Origin: an uncultured delta proteobacterium
Lineage (GTDB): Bacteria; Desulfobacterota; BSN033; UBA1163
Assembly (NCBI GenBank): GCA_963708295.1
Contig: CAVPSJ010000008.1
Coordinates: 288,001-352,000 of the forward strand
Reading direction: 5' to 3'
Length of the DNA stretch: 64,000 nucleotides
A program made the translations under genes and the position numbers. Below, in pieces: positions 54,452-64,000 of the stretch. Positions within the stretch are counted from its first letter, which is position 1. Every line of letters starts with the position of its first letter. The notes beneath the pieces are model-generated. The model saw only the letters and a list, made by a program, of their open reading frames with translations, was not told the DNA's origin and searched no databases.

Positions 54452-55777
54452 ATGAATGAGTGGTTCGCAAAAAATATTATCTATCGTTCGATACAATCCA
54501 TCCGACGTGAAAACGTCCTAAAATACCTGTCGAATATCCGTGACATTCCACGAAATTCGCAGGCTGAGATTTGCAATACTCAAATGGGGAAATTAGTCAA
54601 AACATTAGGAAATGCTTATGCAAACATACCGTACTATCGAGAGTTATTCGACCACTGCGGTATCGTTGTAGATGAACTAAAGCTGCCTAAGGATTTCTCG
54701 AAGATACCCGTACTAACCAAGGAAGTGTTTAGGCAAGATCCCGCTCTCTTCATCAATAAAAATTATAATGGACCCGTAAGCAATGAGGTCACCAGCGGAA
54801 CGGTAGGGAAACCGCTGGTCATCCCGATTGACAGATCTAAAAGCGCTTTCATAAGGGCGGTGATGTACAGGAACTACGGATGGTACGATATCGACGTTGG
54901 AGATAAACAAGCAAGATTTTGGGGAATTCCTTCAGCACCCAAATTACATTTAAGAGAGTCACTGAAGGATCTTTGTGCAAATCGGATCAGATTGTCGGCA
55001 TTTAACATTAGTGATAATGCCTTTAGCCAGTTTGTCAATAAATTACGAAAATTCAAGCCGAAATACTTCTATGGTTATCCTTCTTTGTTGTACAAATTTT
55101 CTCAATGGCTTTCGGATAACCAAATGACGATGAAGGGCTTGAACTTATCTACTATCATTTGCACCGGAGAAGTACTCTATGATTTTCAAAGGAAAGGAAT
55201 GGAAAGTACTTTTCAGTGCAACGTCGTGAATGAATATGGTACAACCGAAACTGGGATCATTGCTTTTGAGTGCCAGGATGGAAATCTTCACATTAACAGC
55301 GATCATGTTTATTTGGAAAGCATCAAGTCAGAAGAGTTTGCCGACGCGGGTTCATTAGTCGTTACAGAGTTGAATAATTTTTATAATCCCCTGATTCGCT
55401 ATCAGCTGGGTGATCTCGGAAGCATTTCAGAGGATTCATGCAAGTGCGGGATCGGATTCCCTATTTTGAAGAATCTGACTGGGAGGGAAGGCAACTTTAT
55501 TGTTACGCCGACGAATCAATATATTTTTTCTGCTATTCTCTCTTACACTTTTAAGGATGGAATAAAACAGTTTCAAGGAATTCAAAATAAAAAGGACGAG
55601 CTCATCATCAAAATCGTCAGGGATAAAAAGGTGACTGAAGAGATGCTCATGAATTACAAAAAGACATTATCTAACGCTCTTGGAGAGCAGATGAGGATTA
55701 TTTTTGATTATGTGCCCCACATCGAAGCTGAAAGGTCGGGTAAATTAAGATATTTTATTTCGAATTTAAAGGCATAA
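54452..55777 (+). CDS. CapK / phenylacetate-CoA-ligase-like adenylate-forming enzyme
   Basis: PYYRELF, TSGTVG, YGYPS, EYGTTE, PLIRYQLGD, SGKLRY. Confidence 0.88.
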   Translation: MNEWFAKNIIYRSIQSIRRENVLKYLSNIRDIPRNSQAEICNTQMGKLVKTLGNAYANIPYYRELFDHCGIVVDELKLPKDFSKIPVLTKEVFRQDPALFINKNYNGPVSNEVTSGTVGKPLVIPIDRSKSAFIRAVMYRNYGWYDIDVGDKQARFWGIPSAPKLHLRESLKDLCANRIRLSAFNISDNAFSQFVNKLRKFKPKYFYGYPSLLYKFSQWLSDNQMTMKGLNLSTIICTGEVLYDFQRKGMESTFQCNVVNEYGTTETGIIAFECQDGNLHINSDHVYLESIKSEEFADAGSLVVTELNNFYNPLIRYQLGDLGSISEDSCKCGIGFPILKNLTGREGNFIVTPTNQYIFSAILSYTFKDGIKQFQGIQNKKDELIIKIVRDKKVTEEMLMNYKKTLSNALGEQMRIIFDYVPHIEAERSGKLRYFISNLKA

Positions 55778-55940
55778 GCGACAGATGGGGATGATTAAGA
55801 GAAGTATAAAAGGGAAGAATTGGAGCGAACCATTCTAGAAGAATGTATCGCCTTGTAGAAAACGTGGCGGCGTGAGGGCTTAAAAGCTAAATATTTTTCC
55901 TGACTCCCCGGCTCTGTCATTTAGGGGAAGAGGTGAACTG

Positions 55941-57795
55941 ATGAAGCTTGCTGTATATTTTAACCGGAATGGAATAGGGTGTCGCGAGGTCGTTGAAAAA
56001 ATGTGCCGCGCGCAAAGCTTGCACTCAAGTCATTCCTACGAAGTGCTGGACGTTAATAATGGCGCAATAGGGTATGTCCGTACATCCGACCAGTTTTCCT
56101 CGATTCCACATTTTCATCAGAGTCCTGAAGGCAACATTCTTGCGATCAGTGGAGTCCCGTTGGATATGCACGGCTCGTTAAGGCGAAGCTTGCCTTCCAT
56201 TGCTTCCCAGGATTATCAGAAGGCGGCAAAATCACTGTCGGATTTGGATGGGGCGTTTGCGGCGGTTTTCTGGGATAATGTGCAGCGCAAACTTGTTATC
56301 GTGACGGATTTCTTGGGGAGCCAACCGTTGTACAAATTTGCTGATCATCAATCAGTCCTTTGGGCAACGGATCTTAAGGGGATAACCTCAAGCGGCCTCC
56401 TCGGTCCTGAAATTGATCCCATCGGCTGGGGGACTTTCCTTTCTTTGGGGTATTATGTTGGCAATCGTACGGCTCTAAGAGAGGGTTGAGATTATGGAGC
56501 CAGGGAGCATCACCATTTACGATCCGACAAAGAAAACAACGTCGATCCAAAACTATTGGATGTGGGACGAGCCAAAACGTGATATTAAGCTCGGAGATGT
56601 GGATACTGGGCGACTCATCGACCAGCTTGATCAGCATGTAAAAGCTAGTCTTGAGCACAATAAACAGAGCACACTTTTATTGAGCGGAGGTTTTGATTCA
56701 CGCCTTATCCTTTGCGTTCTTCGTCGTGCGGGAATAGAGCCCAAAATTGCGATTTGTGAACACCCGGATGAAGATCAAAATGCAGATGGGCGATATGCTC
56801 TACAAACAGCTCAACAATTCAAATTAAAGGCAGAAGTAGTGAAACCTGAAGAGTCCTTTTATTCATCGGATGATTATGTAAATTATCTAATCATGAACGA
56901 AGTCACAACGCCTAGCCTCAACCTTTTCATAGCCCGATTGGCGGCACAGTTTAAGCCGGAGATGCAGGCGATATGGGAAGGCGTAGGCCCAGGTAATAGT
57001 ATGTACGCAGATAATCAGATGCCTGGCGGATTTAGGAAGCATTTTCAATTCATATTCCCTAAACCTGACAGCATCATCTGGCGTGCAGCCGCTAGCGTTT
57101 TTGCGCCTTCACTCGTGGAGCAAATGTATAAGGGAGTTAAGGAATGCCTGGATCAAGAAGGCTTGAAGTACCCGGACGACGAATATGGATTACGGTATTT
57201 TTTAATGTTGAGCCGCGTTCGGAACCGTCTAGCTGCGAATCCATTCAAGGTCTATGCGAATATTGTTTTGCCTTTCACTCCTGGCCTGAGCAAGGATTTC
57301 CAAAATTATGCCATTCATATTCCCAGGCATGTGAAATACAACTATGCCCTTTATTTTAAGATTTTCAGAGATCATTTTCCGGAAGCTCTGAAAGTCCCCT
57401 GGTGCTCTATGGGCGTGTTGTTTGATCCAAATGGCAAAATAAATCCGATTCACAAAGTGTACATGTATATCGAAAAACTTGGGTTATTAGAATCCATAAA
57501 AAGATATCCCCTTGCTGAGTCGATCGCGCGAAAACTGGGTAAACAACCGCGGATCAGCAAAGAAAACTCCCTTGTTAGGCAGACCATAGGGCTCGTCAAT
57601 CCGGACCATTCAGACCTTAATGCCGATGGTATTCGGATGCTTCAAAGTGATTTCTCTGCTTCCGATCCGGTTAATCGTAGTGCTCGGGCATTGCTTTTTT
57701 ACTGGCAAATTTGGAGGTGGATTATGAACGGTCAGTTAACGATGCCACGACAGTATAAAACTACAGCATGGCCTTCGATTTTTGGTGCAGGATGA
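55941..57795 (+). CDS. Asparagine-synthase-like amidoligase lacking the N-terminal Cys, +1 frameshift at ~56481
   Basis: LDGAFAAV..TDFLGSQPLY (Ntn-like fold), LLLSGGFDSR (PP-loop). Confidence 0.78.
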
Positions 57796-58060
57796 AACGA
57801 TCATCAGCGGATTCTATTAGAGGAGGGTAGCACTTCTAAAATGTCGCGCTTCCGAGGGACGGTGGGGGACGAATTGTATGGGGTGCCATGCGTAGGAGAG
57901 TGGCAGCTTATTCAAGAGGCATCAGATTCATTTACTATGTGGGTTGTTTCTGCCAAAGGATTATGGCCCGGCAGAGAGCGAACAAATGATCAGAGACCTA
58001 AGGCATGACCTGCCGGGAGTGGGAATTAATACAAACGCATTTATTTCTTTGACATAAGTT

Positions 58061-58111
58061 CCCCCTCACCCTTCCCCTCTCCCCACTGGGGAGAGGGTGG
58101 GGTGAGGGGGG
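58061..58111. repeat. REP-like palindrome
   Basis: CCCCCTCACCC-TT-CCCCTCTCCCCA-C-TGGGGAGAGGG-T-GGGGTGAGGGGG. Confidence 0.8.
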
Positions 58112-58275
58112 ATTGACCCAAATGTAAGAATTATTTCTGCGTTTGTATTAGTATTAAAATCGTGCCCGCTATTGAGTAAGGGCCTATAGGAAAACGGGCA
58201 TTATATGTATCAAGGAGTCCATGATGAAGGAAGTATTCACCCTGGTCGTCATTGACAAAGGATGATTGGGTAGAA

Positions 58276-59343
58276 ATGAAGAATCGGGTTATTGAGTTTG
58301 ATATCGTTAGAGCTTTAGCCATTTTTCTCATACTCTTTCATCACCTCTCCCAACATAGTTTCAATTTTTACGTTTTTCATTTTAGAGGACAGCTTTTAGA
58401 TCTAACCTTCATATATTGGTGGGAGTCCTACTTCGGTCTCGGAGTCTTTGTATTTATATCTGGATACTTATTAAGTAAGGAGAATCCTTCTTTTGAAAGG
58501 GGAAGAGACATAAAACAATTTATCCTGAAAAGGTATATACGTATATTCCCTCTATATACCCTCGCTCTGATCTTGTTTATTGCTCTAGATGACCACATTC
58601 GGGGCTCGTTAAATGTCTGTACATTTATTTTAAACCTTCTTGGCCTTCAAATCATCTTTGGTTCAAATGATTGTCCTCCCTTACTGACATTGTGGTTTGT
58701 CGGGTTAATCCTATCCTACTATTATGTGTTCATCATGCTTGCAAAATTTGGTCGGAGTCTCATCAGATTCATCACTTTAGTCTTCACTATCTTATTATTT
58801 GGCGTGCTTTTGAGGAAAATAATGGGCTTGATGGATGAAAGATTTCTGTTTTTTTTCGGAATATTTGTTGCTGGCATGCTGGGGGCAAAGTATAAATTGA
58901 TTGAAAAAATGAAATTCAGGCACGTCACTTTTTTTTCACCACTGTTTGTAATTCTTGTTTACTTCTATGTTGCTTTTATTCACCCTAGAGAAATTCGGAG
59001 TTTTTTTTCTTTTATGGGTATGAGTGAGTTTATTGTCAAGAATTTGATCATCCTATGGCTGGTTTTCATTGTTTTTGCCCTTGCAAGGGTGATTATTCGG
59101 GCTGACCGTTACGTTTTTCTTCAAAAAATAGCATATGCTTCCTATGGCATGTATCTATTCCACAGGCCGGTTTGGTGGATCATGGAGGACATATACAACC
59201 CAGCAAACGTGAAAATCAAAGCCCTCTATTTGGCACTTCTGGGAATTCCCCTGACCATATTTGTTTCCTATTATCTGCAGAAATTCTATTACAGGTACCT
59301 TGAATGGAGATTCATCAAAGGATTGACTTCAAAAACTATTTGA
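58276..59343 (+). CDS. Acyltransferase-3 (OafA-like) membrane O-acyltransferase
   Basis: DIVRALAI..HH, FVFISGY, KRYIRIFP, LWFV, SYGMYLFH. Confidence 0.9.
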   Translation: MKNRVIEFDIVRALAIFLILFHHLSQHSFNFYVFHFRGQLLDLTFIYWWESYFGLGVFVFISGYLLSKENPSFERGRDIKQFILKRYIRIFPLYTLALILFIALDDHIRGSLNVCTFILNLLGLQIIFGSNDCPPLLTLWFVGLILSYYYVFIMLAKFGRSLIRFITLVFTILLFGVLLRKIMGLMDERFLFFFGIFVAGMLGAKYKLIEKMKFRHVTFFSPLFVILVYFYVAFIHPREIRSFFSFMGMSEFIVKNLIILWLVFIVFALARVIIRADRYVFLQKIAYASYGMYLFHRPVWWIMEDIYNPANVKIKALYLALLGIPLTIFVSYYLQKFYYRYLEWRFIKGLTSKTI

Positions 59344-59588
59344 GACTTCTACCCTTGAGATATTGACTGAAAGATCACCTTAAGCCTGTTTGCTAATTTG
59401 GCGCTCGACATCGTCTCCCGATATTTGGGAATTATACAATATGACACTTCGGATGATAGACGGCGTGGTTTGCTGTTTTTATTCTACCCCCGCCGAACCT
59501 GTACCATGTCTTATCCTCATAAGGGAGCCCGTTTTCATCCGTTTGGATGAGCTATACAGTGTTCAACAGGTGTTTCGCTAAATATTTT

Positions 59589-60612
59589 ATGGAAAAAGAA
59601 ACAAAAGTGTCCGTATTGATCCCTTGTCGAAACGAAGTTCGGTATGTGGAGGGCTGTATAAATAATGTATATGGTTTTTATCAACCTGATGGAGGTTTTG
59701 AAGTCATTGTGATTGACGGGATGAGCACTGATGGAACGCGTGAGATTCTGTCCCATCTCGAGCGTCAATTCTCTGATCTTGTTGTGATTGATAATCCGGG
59801 CAAAATCGTCCCTCGTGCGATGAACTTGGGGATTCAATGTGCAAAAGGAGAATATATTGTCAGAGCAGACGTGAGATGCATTCACCCGAAGACCTACTTG
59901 CGCGATTTAATTGAGCTGAGTGAAAGGACGGGAGCAGACAATGTGGGGGGTGTCCTGATTCCTCAATTTGGTAACGGGTATGCACAAAATGCGATTGCCT
60001 TGGCTTACCAAAGTCGCATCGCCATGGGCGGAGCATTGCGTGATCGCGGCGATTTCGTCGGGGAAACAGATACCGTGTACGGAGGGTGTTTTAAGCGAAA
60101 GCGTCTCTTAGAAGCGGGGATGTATGATGAGTCCATGGTAAGAAATCAGGATGATGAGCTATCCTTCCGGTTGCGTGAAACGGGAGGGAAAAGTTGTCCA
60201 AGACGGCAGGATTAAAGTTCAGTACTATCCGAGAAACTCCTTCTGGCATCTTTTCAAACAATTCATGCAGTATGGCTACTGGAAGGTCAGTGTGATCAGG
60301 AAGCATCCCCGGCAGGCCTCCCTGAGGCACTTTCTCCCGGCCGTCCTTGTGTTGGGTTTCGTAGCTTTAGGTACGCTCGCGCCTCTCATTGCTCGTGGCT
60401 ACCTGGGATTGGGGGCCTATGCGGGCATGTATTTTCTGGCGACTGGATCGGTCTCTTTCAAATCTGCCTGTAAGCTAAATTTGAAACTCTTGCCCGGAGT
60501 GGTTTTCGCGATTTTTCTTATCCATGTCAGCTTTGGAATAGGTTTTATCATTGGGTCAATATGTAGGCCCTTTCGACTCAAATTGAGATGGTTCGAAACA
60601 TTGAGCAGGTGA
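59589..60612 (+). CDS. GT2 glycosyltransferase (ExoA-like), +1 frameshift at ~60192
   Basis: LIPCRNE, DGMSTDGT, RNQDDEL. Shifted frame has YYPRNS..QYGYWK. Confidence 0.88.
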
Positions 60613-60616
60613 AAAT

Positions 60617-61825
60617 ATGGAAAAAAAAGCTTCCTCAGATGGTTTTCTTCCCTTTGCACTTCCTGTCATCGAAGAGGAAGAAATAAGTGAAGTGTTGGAT
60701 GTCCTCAAGTCGGCATGGATCACGACAGGACCTAAGGCGAAATTATTTGAGAAAGAATTCGCTCGATATATCGGATGTAAACATGCCATTGCCGTCAATT
60801 CTTGCACCGCCGCGTTGCACCTGGCTCTCGAAGCCATTGGGATCCGAGAGGGAGATGAAATTGTCACTTCCCCGATGACCTTTGCAGCGACCGCCGAAGT
60901 GATTCGGTACTTCAAGGCAAAGCCTCTCTTTGCCGATATCGATTCCAAAACAATGAATCTGGACGCGGGATTGCTTGAAAACATTGTGAAAAGGAGGTGC
61001 GAATCCGGAAATGGAAGAAAACTGAAAGCGATCATCCCTGTCCATTACGGCGGCTATCCGTGTGACATGGATTCCCTGATCGCGCTGGCGTCGAAATACG
61101 ACCTCAAAATCATCGAGGATGCCGCCCATGCCTTTCCGACCTCCTACAAACGAAAGATGATTGGGACCCTTGGAGATATCACCTGCTTTAGTTTTTATGC
61201 CACGAAGAACATCACCACAGGGGAAGGAGGAATGATTACTACCGAAAACGAAGAATATGCAGACCGGATGAGAATCATGAGTCTGCATGGAATCAGCAAA
61301 GACGCTTGGAAGAGATACACGGCGGAGGGAAGCTGGTACTATGAGATTATCGCTCCAGGATACAAGTACAACCTTACCGATATCGCTGCGGCCTTGGGGA
61401 TTGCCCAGCTTAAAAAGGCGGACGCCTTCTTAGAAAGAAGGAAGCGCATTGCCGAAAGGTATCATGAAGCGTTTCAAGAGTTGAACGAACTCGATTTGCC
61501 TGGGGCGAACGAAGGGGAAGAAGGGACGACGCATAGCTGGCACCTCTACGTCATTCGGTTAAACCTTCAGCGGCTCCAAATCGACAGGAACAAGTTTATT
61601 GAGGAACTCAGGCGGAAAGGGATCGGCACTTCGGTTCATTTTATCCCCCTCCATATTCATCCTTACTATCGGGAGACCTATGGATACCAGCCCGATGACT
61701 TTCCCGTGGCTTATGAAGCTTATAAGAAAATCATCTCTCTTCCGATCTACGCAAAAATGACGGATCAGGATGTTGATCGTGTCATCGAAGCGGTTACAGA
61801 GATCGTAAAATCTAACAGAAGATGA
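60617..61825 (+). CDS. DegT/DnrJ/EryC1/StrS (ArnB-like) NDP-sugar aminotransferase
   Basis: NSCTAALHL, IEDAAHA, FSFYATKNITTGEGG, GYKYN. Confidence 0.95.
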   Translation: MEKKASSDGFLPFALPVIEEEEISEVLDVLKSAWITTGPKAKLFEKEFARYIGCKHAIAVNSCTAALHLALEAIGIREGDEIVTSPMTFAATAEVIRYFKAKPLFADIDSKTMNLDAGLLENIVKRRCESGNGRKLKAIIPVHYGGYPCDMDSLIALASKYDLKIIEDAAHAFPTSYKRKMIGTLGDITCFSFYATKNITTGEGGMITTENEEYADRMRIMSLHGISKDAWKRYTAEGSWYYEIIAPGYKYNLTDIAAALGIAQLKKADAFLERRKRIAERYHEAFQELNELDLPGANEGEEGTTHSWHLYVIRLNLQRLQIDRNKFIEELRRKGIGTSVHFIPLHIHPYYRETYGYQPDDFPVAYEAYKKIISLPIYAKMTDQDVDRVIEAVTEIVKSNRR

Positions 61826-61828
61826 AGC

Positions 61829-62479
61829 ATGAAACGCCTGTTTGATATCTTTTTTTCATTCATCGGTCTTTTATTGTTGCAACCCCTTTTCGTCTGCATC
61901 GCCATCATGATCAAAGTCGATAGTGAGGGGCCGGTCCTGTTTAGGCAAAGGAGGGTGGGAAAGAACTTCAGACGATTTGTTATTTATAAGTTCAGGACAA
62001 TGGTCGTTGATGCAGAAAGAAAAGGGTTGCGGATTACCTCAGGCGGAGATCATCGCGTGACAAGATCGGGAAGAATCTTGAGAAAATTTAAGATGGACGA
62101 ACTACCACAACTTATCAATGTCTTGAGAGGGGATATGAGTTTCGTCGGCCCGAGGCCCGAGGTAGAGGAGTATGTCAAGTTATACGAAGAGGATTATAGG
62201 GAGATCCTGAAGAGGAGACCGGGGATCACCGATGTCTCTTCCATCATCTATCGGGAGGAAGAGGCAGTTCTTAAGAATCAAGTCGATCCCGAAGGGTTTT
62301 ACAAAAAGGTACTCCTCCCCGAGAAAATCAGACTGGCAAAGGAATACCTGGAAAATGCGTCTTTCTTGTACGACTTAAAACTGATTCTAAATACTATTTA
62401 TAAAATTGTTTACCCGTCTGCGGTTGCCCGAGAAAATGTTGGCCAAAAGATCATCCGAGAATCCTCTAAGGAAAGCTGA
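61829..62479 (+). CDS. Priming phosphoglycosyl transferase (Bac_transf)
   Basis: KRLFDI, YKFRTM, DELPQLINVLRGDMSFVGPRP. Confidence 0.95.
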   Translation: MKRLFDIFFSFIGLLLLQPLFVCIAIMIKVDSEGPVLFRQRRVGKNFRRFVIYKFRTMVVDAERKGLRITSGGDHRVTRSGRILRKFKMDELPQLINVLRGDMSFVGPRPEVEEYVKLYEEDYREILKRRPGITDVSSIIYREEEAVLKNQVDPEGFYKKVLLPEKIRLAKEYLENASFLYDLKLILNTIYKIVYPSAVARENVGQKIIRESSKES

Positions 62480-62643
62480 CTGGCAAGTGCCTAGCAAGAC
62501 CCGCCTTAAAGGCGGAGTCAGGGGGCACAATGAAAGCAATATTTCCTTTTCCCGTCCTGACGGCGTGACCATGAAGGTTCACAAGTTTGAAAACTTTTAA
62601 AAGTGCTTCAAGGCCTTGATATAGGGTCCTCCCGTAATTATCC

Positions 62644-63759
62644 ATGCGCATTCTACATTTAATCAGCAGTGTTGGTTTATTTGGAGCCGAAAGAGTAGCT
62701 ATCGAGCTGTCTAAGAGTCTGAAAAAAACATATCATTGTGAGCCTATTCTCGGTGTCATAAGAAACGATTACAACCCCCATGAGGAAATTTCGGAGGAAG
62801 CCAAGAGTAACGATATGCTCTATACTGTTTTCTCATGTCGGAGTCAATTCGATTTGAAACTTGTTTTTTCCATTAAGGAGTTCATAAAGAAAAATAGAAT
62901 AAATATCATACACTGTCATGGTTATAAATCAAATTTTTATGGGTTACTGGCGTCCAAAGGTCAAATACCCTCGGTGACGACAAATCACAACTGGTTGACA
63001 TCACACTGGAAGCTCAAAATTTATTGCCTTCTTGACAGCATGTGGATTCGATTCTTCGATCGGATTGTAGCTGTCTCAAATGAAGTAAAAAAGGATATGT
63101 TGAGGTATAAAATTCCTGAAAAAAAGATAAGAGTGATTGATAATGGAATTGCCTTAGAGAGATTCGAGAAACTGGCTGAAACAAAGAATATGAAGAACCA
63201 ACTTGGCTTCGAGGAGAAGATTAGGATTATTGGCACAATAGGCAACCTGGGAACTGAAAAAGGACATATCTATTTATTGGAGGCTGCAAAACAAATCCTG
63301 GATGTTGTCAAAGACTTAAAGTTTCTTATTATAGGGGATGGACGATTGAGGAAGCAACTCGAGGAGAAATCGGAGAGATTAGGTATCGAGAAGCATGTCA
63401 TCTTTATGGGACAAAGGAGAGACATCCCGGAATTACTTACGGCAATGGATATCTTCGTCTTGCCTTCTATAAAGGAAGGGCTCCCAATAGCTCTGCTTGA
63501 AGCCATGGCAGCGAAAAGACCGGTGATCGCTACAAGGGTTGGAGCTATCCCAATGGTTATAGAGAATAACGAAACAGGGGTATTAGTTGAGCCGAAAGAT
63601 GTGACAGGGTTACGAGACGCAATCGTGAGTCTTGTAAATGACCCAGGGAGAATGGACCTTTTAGCCAGAAAGGGTTTCGATAGAGTGTGTGGGAATTTCT
63701 CCTCTGATGAAATGGGTAAAAAATATCTAGAATTATACATGGAAATAACCAACCAATAA
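62644..63759 (+). CDS. Glycosyltransferase family 4
   Basis: FGAER, HCHGYK, EKG, EGLPIALLEAMA. Confidence 0.93.
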   Translation: MRILHLISSVGLFGAERVAIELSKSLKKTYHCEPILGVIRNDYNPHEEISEEAKSNDMLYTVFSCRSQFDLKLVFSIKEFIKKNRINIIHCHGYKSNFYGLLASKGQIPSVTTNHNWLTSHWKLKIYCLLDSMWIRFFDRIVAVSNEVKKDMLRYKIPEKKIRVIDNGIALERFEKLAETKNMKNQLGFEEKIRIIGTIGNLGTEKGHIYLLEAAKQILDVVKDLKFLIIGDGRLRKQLEEKSERLGIEKHVIFMGQRRDIPELLTAMDIFVLPSIKEGLPIALLEAMAAKRPVIATRVGAIPMVIENNETGVLVEPKDVTGLRDAIVSLVNDPGRMDLLARKGFDRVCGNFSSDEMGKKYLELYMEITNQ

Positions 63760-64000
63760 GATTAGGAATTCTTTTTCCACTTTAAGGAAGCAATTTTCCA
63801 AAGAATGGTAATTTGTTTTCTCTTCTACGTGGTCCTTTCACTCTTGATTTCTAACCCACATTGGAACTATTTGAAATGATTGGAACAATTTTGTCTTCTC
63901 CTGGATGGGTCTTATTGGCATAATTTGTGAACTATTTATAAGGAATTTGCTTGAAAAAGGGAAGGCTTCAATTGGTAATTGTTCTGTTTTTCATATCACT

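Noticed and set aside
62501-62520. GACCCGCC-TTAAA-GGCGGAGTC hairpin as an IS200/IS605 end
   Set aside because: Single small imperfect palindrome with no transposase nearby.

Overview
This is a bacterial window, probably Desulfobacterota/'Deltaproteobacteria' (inferred from gene content and style, not from a search). Bases 1-3.3 kb are the 3' part of an rRNA operon (23S, 5S, terminator), followed by an orphan ~200-nt rod-like structured RNA. Bases 3.7-10.6 kb hold mixed housekeeping and accessory genes. One is a DsbA/FrnE-family gene with an in-frame TGA in a UxxC motif (probable selenoprotein, truncated in the ORF track). Bases 10.9-19.3 kb are a sigma54 regulatory cascade: three -24/-12 promoters, a REC-histidine kinase, three enhancer-binding proteins (one headless with a degenerate Walker B), two pseudo-receivers and two I-site-only GGDEF-like domains. 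Bases 19.4-63.8 kb are one co-oriented Wzy-dependent exopolysaccharide locus of the exosortase-A-associated type. It contains an internal RfaH-like antiterminator followed by two ops-like sites. It also embeds an ACP / adenylation / PLP-decarboxylase / adenylation module plus two aldolases, two ATP-grasp ligases and two reductases, which suggests assembly of an unusual aminoacyl or peptidyl substituent. Ten genes in 25-60 kb are split by about 13 apparent single-base insertions, most likely assembly errors. All product calls come from motif recognition by eye; no database searches were run.
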